From: a virus
Taxonomy: Duplodnaviria; Heunggongvirae; Uroviricota; Caudoviricetes
Direction: 5' to 3' (one strand)
DNA length: 25,512 nt
IMG/VR virus record: IMGVR_UViG_3300029461_000006
The notes beneath the pieces are model-generated. The model was not told where the DNA came from. It was given only the letters and a program-made list of their open reading frames with translations, and did no database searches. Shown piece by piece: positions 7,071 through 17,300 of the stretch. Positions within the stretch are counted from its first letter, which is position 1. Every line of letters begins with the position of its first letter. The translations under genes were made by a program, and so were the position numbers.

Positions 7071-7119
7071 GTTTAGCAGCGGGTAGCAGGTTGTTAAACC
7101 TGTACATGAGGCCGTAACT

Positions 7120-7341
7120 ATGGTTAATGCCAATCCTTGCGCACGCCCGGAATTCATCTGGCGTTTCTATTCTTGTCAAAAACGTCACTATCACTTCGTT
7201 ATCGCACCGACAGAAGATGAGGCCCGCTCTCAGCTTCCTGACGCCCCATGTATTTTCTCTGCCCGTTTTTCCACTGATTCACGCAATTCTCTCAGTTACT
7301 GGTGCCTCCCTGTTAACGCTTCTGCTCAGGAGGGACTATGA
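7120..7341 (+). CDS. icd: Icd-like small protein, translationally coupled to ant
   Basis: 73-aa ORF with a GAGG RBS inside the a2/b2 target region; stop overlaps the ant start (ATGA). A 78-aa alternative in another frame (7127-7363) overlaps ant by 26 nt and fits the coupled layout less well. Confidence 0.5.
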   Translation: MVNANPCARPEFIWRFYSCQKRHYHFVIAPTEDEARSQLPDAPCIFSARFSTDSRNSLSYWCLPVNASAQEGL

Positions 7342-8480
7342 GAACATCGTTAGTTACCCGTGAAGAGATGATCGAGGCAATTGAACAGCACACTGCCTGT
7401 ATCAGTACCAGGGATATACCTGGCGTTATTGCCAACTACTTCATGATCACCAAACAACTTTACCGGAGAAAGGACAAGAACGCTGTTCACCGTATCCTGC
7501 TGTCTGATATCCGTGAATACCTGCTCGAACAGGGGCATCTGAATTACGCAACCGTCGCAGCCGAAACACGCAAGGAGGCACACAGAATGAAAGCAACTAA
7601 CTTTAAATCAGAAAAAATTCATGCACCTTCAGTTCAGGAATCGGAGCTGGTGGTTGTTCAGGATCAGCATGATGAAATTCCCGTTCTGGAGTGGCAGGGG
7701 GTGCGTGTAGTGACAACCGAGACTCTTGCTAAAGGGTATGGGACAGAAACAATCCGTATTCGCCAGAATCATCATGAGAACAAAGTGCGCTTTGTTGAAG
7801 GGAAGCACTTTTTCAAGGTTATTGGCGATGAGCTGAAAAATTTGCGGGTAGCTTTAAACTACTCACAAAATCCAGTCTCACCCAAAGCCCGCTCACTCAC
7901 TCTCTGGACAGAACGCGGCGCTGCCCGCCACGCTAAAATGCTCGAAACCGATCAGGCATGGGCGTTCTTTGAAAAACTGGAAGACAGCTACTTCCGACAA
8001 AAAGAACAGCAACCGATCGCAATCCCCCAGACGCTTCCCGAAGCACTGCGCCTGGCTGCCGAACTGGCTGAACAAAAGCAACTATTGGAACAGAAAGCCC
8101 ACCAGCTAAATCAGCAGCTGGTGGCCGCCGCTCCTAAAGTCGAGTTTGCCGACCGGGTATCAGTAGCTAAAGGGATCCTGATTGGGAATTTTGCAAAGGT
8201 TGTTGGACTTAAGCAAAACGCGCTGTTTGCCTGGTTACGGGAGAACGGCATCCTGATAGCGTCCGGTGGACGTAAAAATGTGCCGTTCCAGCAGTACATC
8301 AACGCGGGGTATTTCACGGTGAAAGAAGTGGTGCTGGATGATGAAGATGGCTACCAGATACGGTTGACGCCTCAATTAACGGGTAAAGGCCAGCAGTGGT
8401 TGACGCGTAAACTGCTCGATGCTGGCTTGTTAAAACCGGTGGCGGCTCAATAATGGAAGAATGCCCGGTTGATGCCGGGC
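7190..8480 (+). repeat. Copy B of the ~1.29-kb diverged direct repeat (icd 3' end + ant + hairpin)
   Basis: Collinear with 1-1294; differences include a clustered divergent patch at 7820-7906 (copy A 631-720). Confidence 0.9.
7338..8453 (+). CDS. ant1: Phage antirepressor (Ant-like, KilAC-type), copy B, within a complete ImmI-type module
   Basis: 371-aa ORF with an AGGAGGG RBS; same family as 149-1267; internal in-frame Met as a candidate Ant2 start; preceded by operator, c4 candidate and icd. Confidence 0.75.
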   Translation: MRTSLVTREEMIEAIEQHTACISTRDIPGVIANYFMITKQLYRRKDKNAVHRILLSDIREYLLEQGHLNYATVAAETRKEAHRMKATNFKSEKIHAPSVQESELVVVQDQHDEIPVLEWQGVRVVTTETLAKGYGTETIRIRQNHHENKVRFVEGKHFFKVIGDELKNLRVALNYSQNPVSPKARSLTLWTERGAARHAKMLETDQAWAFFEKLEDSYFRQKEQQPIAIPQTLPEALRLAAELAEQKQLLEQKAHQLNQQLVAAAPKVEFADRVSVAKGILIGNFAKVVGLKQNALFAWLRENGILIASGGRKNVPFQQYINAGYFTVKEVVLDDEDGYQIRLTPQLTGKGQQWLTRKLLDAGLLKPVAAQ

Positions 8481-8483
8481 AAA

Positions 8484-8492
8484 GGGGGGGGG
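8484..8492. repeat. G9 homopolymer at the junction between the ant terminator and the lxc relic
   Basis: Nine consecutive G; the equivalent position next to intact lxc (13623-13626) has GGGG. Confidence 0.95.
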
Positions 8493-8494
8493 AA

Positions 8495-8595
8495 TTAATC
8501 AGCATTCAGGAGCAATGCGTTATCTATGATGATCTGCTCCCATTCTTCGAATGCCCGATCGCGGACGCCCTAGGGAACACTGTCTGTTTTGAAAT
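8495..8595 (-). pseudogene. Relic of the lxc 3' end (last ~33 codons) with an in-frame stop, abutting the res 3' end
   Basis: 101 nt at about 90% identity to 13631-13731. Minus-strand translation gives FKTDSVP*GVRDRAFEEWEQIIIDNALLLNAD* against lxc FKTNSVPQGVRDRAFEEWEQIIIDNALLLNAD*; 8 of the 10 differences are synonymous. Confidence 0.6.
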
Positions 8596-8626
8596 AAGGA
8601 GGTTTTCACCTCCTTTTAAACTGGAA

Positions 8627-11539
8627 TTATGGTAATGCGCTCTTGATTAGCTGATAAATATCATCATTAGCAAACTGCGTTCTGAATTCAACTTTAACAG
8701 ACCGACTTATTTGATTGAAAAGCGCCTGGGCATGTTCAATTTTCCGTTTTTCTTCAAGCCGTAAACTATCCTTACTATCTACGTTTTTTGTTTCAATGAT
8801 AAAGTTAAGATAATCACCTTCTGCTGTTTTTACAACATAAGCAAAATCGGGTGAGTAAGTGTATCCACCAGCTACCGGGATCTTAATAGAATTCTTCGGT
8901 ATCTTTGAAAAAACAACAACAGACTGGATCTCTCTATCTGTTATATTACGCCTTTCAAGCTCTGAATCATAAAAAACTTCTTCAAAAAGATAAGTATCTA
9001 ATGGTGCTTTTGCATTATCCTGCAATACACCAAGATCACTTGATAATACCTCATCTAGAGGATTACCATCAGCATTTGTGAACTTTGTAGGATGAATTGA
9101 ACCCGAAATCAAATTATATCCGAGGCTGAATTTGTTAAACGAATTGTTCAACAAATACTTACTAAAACCAGATTTAATTTTTCTGATTGTTTGAATATTA
9201 AGGTATTCAGTGATATTAATAGTGTCTTTTATATCACAAAAAACTTTATGTAAAGTATCGTGTTTAACAAAAATAGTTTGTGATAAGTTATCGAGAAACT
9301 CTCGATAGCTCATTGTGTTTAGCTTAGCAAAGTCATCGTCATCACTGACAATGCTTTTCGACATTGCCATATCATTGTGGATGTAAATTTTATCAATGCG
9401 AGTATGAACGCCTGATTTGGTAAATCGTTCTGTTTCTTCGAGCATGAATGACTTGAAAATGGATAAAAATTCACTTTCACTGTTTATTTTGTACTCAATC
9501 ACCGCTTTTTGATTGATCAAATCCCATAGTTCTTTCAGCTCACTGAACTTACCAACACGCATTTTAGTGCGTCTTTTTCCATCAGTAGCTTTTTTGATTT
9601 TACCAGGTTTCACTCCTATAGGGAATGCTGCTGGATATTTGGATTTTAAGCGGCTATATGCATCTGAATCTTTGAAATTATCATTGTCATCAATGATTTC
9701 ATCATTGAAAAGTTCATTCATTAGTGCTCTGGATGAAAGCTCAGGATACTGAGCCCTGATTTGTTCCTTAAGCTCTTGAGTAAACTTACTTGGAACCCTT
9801 TCTTTGAAAGAACTCTCGTTGACCTCTTTAACAAGTGAGTCAACAAAATCTTTTTCTGTAAAATCAACATAATAGTTGAGAGTGAAATTGCGATCTTTCA
9901 CTCGACACATGTATTCATTCACAGGAAGACGCAAACCGCGCCCTACCTCTTGAAGCTTAGATGTGGTACTACCGCTCGAACGGAGCTTACAGATCTGAAA
10001 GACATTAGGATTATCCCACCCCTCACGCAACGTCCATTTTGAGAAAATAAACCGACGGGGATTATCTAAAGACAGCAAAAGCTCTTTGTCATGAAGGATT
10101 TCGTTGATTTCCTGCTCGATTTTATCATCCTTATCACTGTTATCTTTTGAGAAATAACCACCATGAACGGAAGATATATCTTTGACTGTTTTTTCAAGAT
10201 AGTTTTTATAAAACGCATCTTGCTCTGTTTTTAACAGTTCATTAGCTTCTGCCAGAACGTATTCTTCGAATTTGGTTTTCAGGCTTCCGGCAATATCATT
10301 ACCGTCACGATAGCCTTCAATATCGTCAATAAAGAAAAGAGTAAGAGGCTTTATGCGTGGCCTTTGTGTCAGAAGTTCTTTTTCTAACTTAAAGTGTTCT
10401 TTGACAGCCTTACGCATCATATTATCAGCAAGTGTCTGATCGTAAGAATAGGGATTTATTGAGCTACCAATCTTCAGCTCAATACCATTACTCAACACTG
10501 CTGTGCTCTTGTTTAAAGCATCAAGAGTTAAATCATGGATCGCACTATGCGTCTTAGACAGTGATTCACCTTTAGCTAACTTAAACGTTTTTTTATTGTT
10601 GTTTTCATTCAGTTCAAATGTAGCTTCTTTTCCGTCAGATTTGACGAATTTGAGGTTTGCGTTACCATCGCCGACTATATCCTCAATATATGCATCAATA
10701 CCTTTAACGAGATCCTCGTTAAATGCGTCCACGGCTGTAAGACGATAAACCAGGTTCTTATAGCCTTCGCTAAAGGTTGCGCCATAGCGGATAATATATT
10801 GTGCGTTAAATTTCTCTATGTTTTCCCATGTTTTTTTACCAGTAGGAAATCTATGTGGTTCGTCAATGATGATAAATGGTTTTACAGCTCTGAGCGCGTC
10901 AACTGGAGTATTAAACTGATTATCAAGCAAGCCAGTATCGTAAGTATCCGTTAAAGACTTAGAGTTGATCATTCCTGAGTTAATAACAAGAACGTGTATA
11001 TATTTTTTATTGAAGTTACTTGCTTCAACAAAATCATGTATAGCCTGAGGCATATACGATTTTGTATTTTTGCCAGAGTTTTTCTGACTTTCAACAACGT
11101 AAGTTCTCAGCTCACGCTCGTAATCATCCCGGAAGTGTTCTTTTAAAGCATCACTTTTTAAAAAGTTAACGGTTCCGGCCTTGATAGATAGAGTCGGAAC
11201 AATGATGATAAACTTGTTAATACCAAATGATTTATTCAGGTCAAAAATAGTTTTGGTATAGGTGTACGTCTTGCCTGTACCTGTCTCCATAGAAACATCA
11301 ATGATGTTGCTTTTAGCATCGTAATTATCTTTTGAGTGCTCAATACCATTAAACTCCTGAACATTTTTTATGTTGTTGTAGTATTGTTGTTCAGATAGTT
11401 CCAGTTCTGGATTAGCTAACAGGCGAATAGTAACATTATCCGTCAGGTGAGGTATTGCGGAAACAAAAACATTCATCACCGCATCGACTCCGGCTTTCTG
11501 ATGCGGCAAGTTCTTTTCGAGAGTGAACCCTTTTGACAT
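8627..11539 (-). CDS. res: Type III restriction-modification Res subunit (SF2 helicase/endonuclease, EcoP1I-type)
   Basis: 970-aa ORF recognised as P1 Res; Walker A (METGTGKTY) and DEPH box (IIIDEPHRF); start lies 2 nt after the mod stop (translational coupling). Confidence 0.93.
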   Translation of the reverse strand: MSKGFTLEKNLPHQKAGVDAVMNVFVSAIPHLTDNVTIRLLANPELELSEQQYYNNIKNVQEFNGIEHSKDNYDAKSNIIDVSMETGTGKTYTYTKTIFDLNKSFGINKFIIIVPTLSIKAGTVNFLKSDALKEHFRDDYERELRTYVVESQKNSGKNTKSYMPQAIHDFVEASNFNKKYIHVLVINSGMINSKSLTDTYDTGLLDNQFNTPVDALRAVKPFIIIDEPHRFPTGKKTWENIEKFNAQYIIRYGATFSEGYKNLVYRLTAVDAFNEDLVKGIDAYIEDIVGDGNANLKFVKSDGKEATFELNENNNKKTFKLAKGESLSKTHSAIHDLTLDALNKSTAVLSNGIELKIGSSINPYSYDQTLADNMMRKAVKEHFKLEKELLTQRPRIKPLTLFFIDDIEGYRDGNDIAGSLKTKFEEYVLAEANELLKTEQDAFYKNYLEKTVKDISSVHGGYFSKDNSDKDDKIEQEINEILHDKELLLSLDNPRRFIFSKWTLREGWDNPNVFQICKLRSSGSTTSKLQEVGRGLRLPVNEYMCRVKDRNFTLNYYVDFTEKDFVDSLVKEVNESSFKERVPSKFTQELKEQIRAQYPELSSRALMNELFNDEIIDDNDNFKDSDAYSRLKSKYPAAFPIGVKPGKIKKATDGKRRTKMRVGKFSELKELWDLINQKAVIEYKINSESEFLSIFKSFMLEETERFTKSGVHTRIDKIYIHNDMAMSKSIVSDDDDFAKLNTMSYREFLDNLSQTIFVKHDTLHKVFCDIKDTINITEYLNIQTIRKIKSGFSKYLLNNSFNKFSLGYNLISGSIHPTKFTNADGNPLDEVLSSDLGVLQDNAKAPLDTYLFEEVFYDSELERRNITDREIQSVVVFSKIPKNSIKIPVAGGYTYSPDFAYVVKTAEGDYLNFIIETKNVDSKDSLRLEEKRKIEHAQALFNQISRSVKVEFRTQFANDDIYQLIKSALP

Positions 11540-11541
11540 GA

Positions 11542-13500
11542 TTAGTTCCTCACCACCAAATCTAACTCAATAGATTTTTTATTAGCATAACTTTTTAGTG
11601 CTTCATTGAGTTCCATTTGCTTTGCGCTTTCAAAGTTGCTGCCATAAAACACGATTTTGTTTGGAGCAAAGTCTTTGTCTGAATCCACCTTTTGAAGTAA
11701 CGCTTTCAATGCTTCGCTAGTAAAATTAGGTGCAATCAAATACAGACGACCATCGCACAAATGTGCTTTGTAGCCACCAAGATCAACATCTTCAATAGGT
11801 GTTGTTAGCAAACTGCCATCATACAGGCACCATGTAGTTAATAGAGTGTCATATTGTTCAGGCGTCAAGACAACATCATCAAAGAATGTATGATTAGACA
11901 GTGTAAGTTCTGATTCGTCTTTAGCGCGAAAATCTGGCATTAATTGGTAAATTTTAAAGCCAAACTTACCACTTCCCTCACAAACTCTAATTAATCTTTC
12001 TTTGGTTAGGTCATAAATGGTTTTAAAACCATGCTTAAAAGCATCAGAATTATCTTTTGTATCCTCATCTAATTGAACAGTTATGAATTGATAATTCATG
12101 CCTTTTTCTTTGTTTAAGTTTAAAATAGCATGCGCTGTTGTACCCGAACCTGCAAAAAAATCCAATACAATACCTTTGCCATCACATGCAAAAGAGATCA
12201 ATTCTTCAAGTAGTTTAATGGTTTTAGGGTTAGTGAAAGGCTTAGTCATTTCAGGGAAAATTGCTTTTAGCTCATTAGCCCCGGCTCGACCATCAATATT
12301 AATAACAGAACTTAACTTCTGCTTATAGTCTTTAGCATAAACCTTTATTTCCACTAATTTATTTTCATCTTCACCAAAGATAATCCGCCCATCATCAATC
12401 ATTTTTAGCATAGTAGCTTCAGGGAAGCGATATCCCATCAAAGGCTGCTTGCAAGGTTTCTTTGTTATTGGATGAATAATATCATACCGATATCCTTCTT
12501 TACCGGGGTTATGAATCCCCCTCTCCCCAGAATATACACCTTTACGGTCTATGAACTTATAATTTTCCAGAGGCCATAATTGACTTTTGTTTTCTCTAAA
12601 CCACTTTGTGTACTCTTCCTGTAATTTTTCGTCATCTTTTATGTCATTAATTAATGAATCCCCTACTTCAACAAGCAAATCCTTTACATCTGAGATGTTT
12701 GACTTCCACTCAGTTTCAATTAATTCTTTATTTCTAGCATAAACAACAATATATTCATGTTCTACAGCAATGTTCGACGGATTGTTATCTGTAACATTTT
12801 TCCAGACGATGTCTCCGATGTGATTTTGTTCACCAAAAATCTCATCGCAAACTAGCTTTAATTGACTAAACTCATTGTCATCAATAGAAATAAAAATAGT
12901 CCCATCTTCTCTCATTAATTCACGAGCAATATAAAGGCGTGGGTAAATGAATGTCAGCCATGCACTATGACTGCTTGACCCCTTGGTGGTAAATTCTAAT
13001 ATGCGTTTAGCCTCATCGAGGTCGATGCCTGCAAGTTCAGAAAGCTGCTCAGGTGTAAATTTGCGATCATCATTATAAACGAACCCATCCTTACCTGTAT
13101 TGTATGGTGGGTCAATGTAAATCATCTTCACCTTTTCAGCGTAAGCATTAACCATATGCTTCAATACTTCGAGATTATCCCCTTTGATTAACAGGTGTTG
13201 ACTGTTCTTGTTCTCTTCTTGTTGGTTATGTGTTTTATCTTCTGCCAACAACGTTTTCGGTGGTAGATTGGCCAACAAACGGGCATAAGATTTACCCAGC
13301 CAGTTTAAGCTGTATGATTCTCTAGAGAGTTCAACCTCCGATGCTCTAATAATCTCAAGCAATTTTTCTTGAATGAAGGCTCCGTTTTTATCAAAACACT
13401 GTGGGAAATTAGCTTTCAACACAGCCAGTTGCTTGCTGTTAGCCGTTTCTACTTCGGAAAAAATCGTTTCTTTTTTCATATCCATTTTAAACCAGATCAT
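11542..13500 (-). CDS. mod: Type III restriction-modification Mod subunit (N6-adenine DNA methyltransferase, EcoP1I-type)
   Basis: DPPY motif (IYIDPPYN) and AdoMet-binding FxGxG (FFAGSGTT); directly upstream of res. True start may be an internal Met (MDMKKET… or MKKET…), since the track ORF is slightly longer than the roughly 646 aa I recall for P1 Mod. Confidence 0.92.
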   Translation of the reverse strand: MIWFKMDMKKETIFSEVETANSKQLAVLKANFPQCFDKNGAFIQEKLLEIIRASEVELSRESYSLNWLGKSYARLLANLPPKTLLAEDKTHNQQEENKNSQHLLIKGDNLEVLKHMVNAYAEKVKMIYIDPPYNTGKDGFVYNDDRKFTPEQLSELAGIDLDEAKRILEFTTKGSSSHSAWLTFIYPRLYIARELMREDGTIFISIDDNEFSQLKLVCDEIFGEQNHIGDIVWKNVTDNNPSNIAVEHEYIVVYARNKELIETEWKSNISDVKDLLVEVGDSLINDIKDDEKLQEEYTKWFRENKSQLWPLENYKFIDRKGVYSGERGIHNPGKEGYRYDIIHPITKKPCKQPLMGYRFPEATMLKMIDDGRIIFGEDENKLVEIKVYAKDYKQKLSSVINIDGRAGANELKAIFPEMTKPFTNPKTIKLLEELISFACDGKGIVLDFFAGSGTTAHAILNLNKEKGMNYQFITVQLDEDTKDNSDAFKHGFKTIYDLTKERLIRVCEGSGKFGFKIYQLMPDFRAKDESELTLSNHTFFDDVVLTPEQYDTLLTTWCLYDGSLLTTPIEDVDLGGYKAHLCDGRLYLIAPNFTSEALKALLQKVDSDKDFAPNKIVFYGSNFESAKQMELNEALKSYANKKSIELDLVVRN

Positions 13501-13622
13501 TTAGCAACAAAGCGCCGCCTCCCCAGCCCGTTAGAGCCAGAAGTTGTGGCACTATCACTATCTATATGTTTGAAGAATCGTGCTTCTTTGAGCGATGCTC
13601 GGTGAGCAAACAGCCATAATTT

Positions 13623-13731
13623 GGGGAAGTTTAATCCGCATTGAGAAGCAATGCATTATCTATGATGATCTGCTCCCATTCTTCGAATGCCCGGTCACGG
13701 ACGCCCTGGGGAACGCTGTTAGTTTTGAAAT
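13623..13731. repeat. Direct-repeat partner of 8486-8595 (authentic lxc 3' end plus downstream sequence)
   Basis: Together the two copies bracket the mod-res cassette in direct orientation. Confidence 0.85.
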
Positions 13732-13879
13732 CGACGACCGTACGCCATTTCCCGTCCGGACGGTACATGCGCAGAGCTTTACTTCCCCCTTCCCTGCGCA
13801 CCTCAACGTTATGCTTGTCAGCAAACTCTTGTAATGCTCGTAGCGTCCCATGCTTTACTGTGTAGTATCGCTTTTTCAA
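13631..13879 (-). CDS. lxc: Lxc/Bof, modulator of C1 repressor binding (ImmT)
   Basis: 82-aa ORF of the size and position (between mod and ulx/darB) of P1 lxc; overlaps the ulx stop by 4 nt. Confidence 0.7.
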   Translation of the reverse strand: MKKRYYTVKHGTLRALQEFADKHNVEVRREGGSKALRMYRPDGKWRTVVDFKTNSVPQGVRDRAFEEWEQIIIDNALLLNAD

Positions 13880-14316
13880 GTTTTCTCTCCAGCCTGTGCC
13901 AAGGCTTCAACTTCCAAATCGTAAGACTCAAACTCATAGTACTGGTCGTCAACTTCTTCAGGCACTGGCAGTAAATGCCAGGCTGAGTATATCTGACCAT
14001 TATCAAAACGCTCCTGGCTGTAGAGCGTCGCGGCTATGAGCGTCAGCGCCGGGCGGTCATAACGGTAAATTTTGCGAACGTCACGGTCAACGAGACGACC
14101 GAAATTACCATAACCGCGCTCCAGTAATAATTTTTTAATTTCCGGCCAGTATGGACCATAGCTGCGGTACAGGCGGGGATTTTTCAGTAATCGCCCGCGT
14201 AGCCCTGACAGGAAGAAATCAACGTATTCGTCTTCTGTCTTTCCTAACAACGCTGTACGGAGTACCGCCTCAAGATATGTTTTATTCGGTTTTATTGTAT
14301 CAGATAGTGTGGCCAT
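13876..14316 (-). CDS. ulx: Ulx (upstream of lxc) protein
   Basis: 146-aa ORF between darB and lxc on the same strand, as in P1. Confidence 0.65.
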   Translation of the reverse strand: MATLSDTIKPNKTYLEAVLRTALLGKTEDEYVDFFLSGLRGRLLKNPRLYRSYGPYWPEIKKLLLERGYGNFGRLVDRDVRKIYRYDRPALTLIAATLYSQERFDNGQIYSAWHLLPVPEEVDDQYYEFESYDLEVEALAQAGEKT

Positions 14317-14349
14317 ATTATGCGACGCCCGGCGAACCGGGCGCTCCTG

Positions 14350-17300
14350 TTATGCGTATTGTTGGATGACGGCCAGAACGTCCGCCACGTTGTGTTTTGT
14401 CTCGATAATCCACCAGTTACCCGGGAAATCGCTGTTCTTCGCCTTCGCTGGCAGCCAGCGAGCGCCGAATTTCGCCTTGATTGCGTCTTTCGCACGGAAA
14501 AGAACGCCTTTCATGCCTGAGGCTTCCTGAAGCCCAAATACCTCGCCAGCGGCGAATTTTGGTGCGTACATCATCTTCAGGTCGGCGGTGGATACGCGAT
14601 AATTCAGACCAAGAGACTGAGCTATGCTGGTGGCATCACCCTGTATTGATGATAACTCTTCTTGTTTCTCGTTTCTGGCGGCAATCTCTTCCTCCGTGAT
14701 GTTGCCAAGGGTTAGGTTTATCCGATCAGCGTCGGCCTGTTTCTCTTCATCGGTGCGCCCGGCAAGAACCGTGTTAATTCTCTGCAATATCTCCACATGA
14801 TTCTTGCGCATGCTGAGCAATTCCGGCGTAACCTCGTTAAGATCCACCAGCCCAAGGATGGCAAGGTCGGAAAACATTGATACCAGGTTGTAGGTCATGC
14901 GATAGCTGAGTTGACCATAGGCTGATGGCAACTTCACCGCATCCATTTGATAGGCATCCATAAATTTAGAGCCGTTGTTTACGACATCCGCTATTGCAGG
15001 TGTGATTTTCCCTGTGGTGGCGGCCTCCCTGATTGCTGTTACCCACGATTGAGTCAGCGCGGCGACTGCATGATTCAGATTGGCTTCCCGTTCTGCTGCG
15101 ATGCGCGCGCTTGCTGCGTCCATTGCCTGCTTGATCTCGGCTTTATTGCTGTAAATGCCAATGGTGCCAAACTGTGCTGTGGTGATCTCATAATCTGACG
15201 CCCGGAACTCATTGGTACCGAAAATGGCATTGGTGACTTCAAGTTCAGAATCCCCGTTACGAGTAGCCCCCTGGCTTGTTTTTTCCGGCATTCTGGCGAT
15301 CGCATCCGCTATTTTCTCCTGAATTGCTTCAGGGGATAGCGTATCTCCGTATGACGCGATTACATCGCCATAATTGGAGCCAAACAATTCAACCAGGAAT
15401 GTTTCTGCCGAACGGATCTGGCGGTTATTCCCTTCCGACATCATACCAAGCACCCATTTTGCAATTGACGACTTCAGCGCGCCGTCACGGCGATCCGGGT
15501 AAACCGCATGCTTCAGTGGGTCCGTATAGGTACCAACAAAATCAATGCTATAGCCTGACTCTGTAGTCTGAACGCCGTACGAGTCAGTTATTTTGATCAT
15601 GCCGCGCTGCTGGAAACGGTAGAAATCGTCACAGGAAATGATGTCGTTAATCCCGGCGATGGAGACGCCACCACTGATTTTCTGCATAACAGCATCTTCA
15701 TCGGGAGTTACATCCACCTGTTTATCCAGCGTCTTCACATCCCAGTTACCCGATTTGGTGCCTTTGAAGGTAAAGATGATCTCCACGTCTGCGCGCTGGC
15801 TGTCGAAGTCCAGCGACTTAATGCGAACGATATCACCGGCACAATCGTAGTATTGGCCTACACGCCATGAGCGATCGCCGATAACAAGGAACTCACTCGC
15901 ATGGTTAACCAGGTCAGGATCAACATCCAGAATGCCTTTATTTATTGCATCCTCCACCAGCGGGCGCAGGCGTTTGATATCCGTCGCGGCCTTCTGAGTA
16001 CGGTTCAATAATTTCTCATAGCGGGAGATGGCTTGAGAGATATTAGCCTTGCGCTGAATGGCGTTTTTCAACGACGCGCGATACTGTGCTAACAACATAC
16101 GGTCTGTGTGATGGACGCTCCCCCAGCGGGCCTTCCAGTCTGCGTTATCAGCTGCTTTGGCCATTACCGCCTGTTTGAATTTAGCTACCTCGGCGGTGGT
16201 CTTTTCAAGTTCCGCTTTGCTTCGCTCTAATTCAGCGGTAAGTACCTCCACATCCTCGCCAGCTGCGTGCTGCGCCTTGATGTAGTTCTGAAGGTCGATA
16301 GTAGCCTGTTCTTTCTGGCGAGCGCGTTGCGCGGCTTTCGCCTTATCCATTTGAACCTGCATCATTGCCAGACGTTCGCCATCATCCTTAGCGGTATACA
16401 TCTGCATTTCGATCATATCGTTGGCGTCGGCGTTCTCCATTTCAGACTTATCTGAGCGGAGGATATCGGAGATCCAGCCTGCTTTACGCTTCAGCGTCTT
16501 CAGTCGGTATTCATCGAAAGAACCCTTGCCGCAGTAGTAGTGAACGCGAACGCTTGCACGGTTGGAACCAACTCGGGCACCGCGACCGTTACGCTGTGCG
16601 ATACTGGCTGGTGTCCATGGCAACGTCAGATGATGGATGTCAGTCGTTCCTCGATGCAGGTTGATACCCACCTCTGCCTTTTTGTTGCAGATGATGATCG
16701 GAGTCCGGCCCTCCTGGAAGTCGGCAGCAATCTTTTCCAGCCCACCCAGCGACATTTCATTTTGCTGCGCGATATAGGCGTCATACAGAGCCATTTGCTC
16801 GTTGTATTTCGCTATCTGTGCATCTGTTGGTTCATCCGGTAACTCTTTCGGCGGTTTAACCGCTTTCAGTTTCTTACCGGTTTTACCTGCCTCGGCAACC
16901 GTCTGAGCATTCAGGATCCCTACCTTTGAAGGTTCAAGGTTAAGAGCATTGCAGATAATGCGTTTGAGCTTCTGGTGCTGCGTTTTTTCGTCGGTGAAGA
17001 TGATTTGCTTCCCTTCCGGGAAAAACTCCTTCAGCGTGGCGATCAGCTTCGCGTATTTCGGCGTAACGGGGTGAGTTACGGTCTGTTCGTCAATGCCAAA
17101 CCTGGCCAGGCGCTTATTCACTTCCTGCTCGAACGCTTCCGGAACCTGCAACTGAATAAACTCGCCCTTATCTATCAGGGAGTATTGCGATTGCTGCGTG
17201 ATTGAATCATCACTGTCGTCGTCTTCGCTGGTGGCTTGTTTAGGCAAACTGTCCGCCAGCTGCTGCACCGCATCGGCGTACTCCGGCAGGAAACGATAGG

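Noticed and set aside
8453-8635. Plus-strand 60-aa ORF after ant copy B, and the similar 79-aa ORF at 13595-13834
   Set aside because: They are the antisense of the lxc relic and of lxc itself; the shared peptide segment is an artefact of the repeat.
13501-13630. Expected an IS1 copy between mod and lxc, as I recall for the P1 reference
   Set aside because: Only about 130 bp of intergenic sequence is present, with no transposase ORF or terminal inverted repeats; its absence is a strain difference, not a feature.
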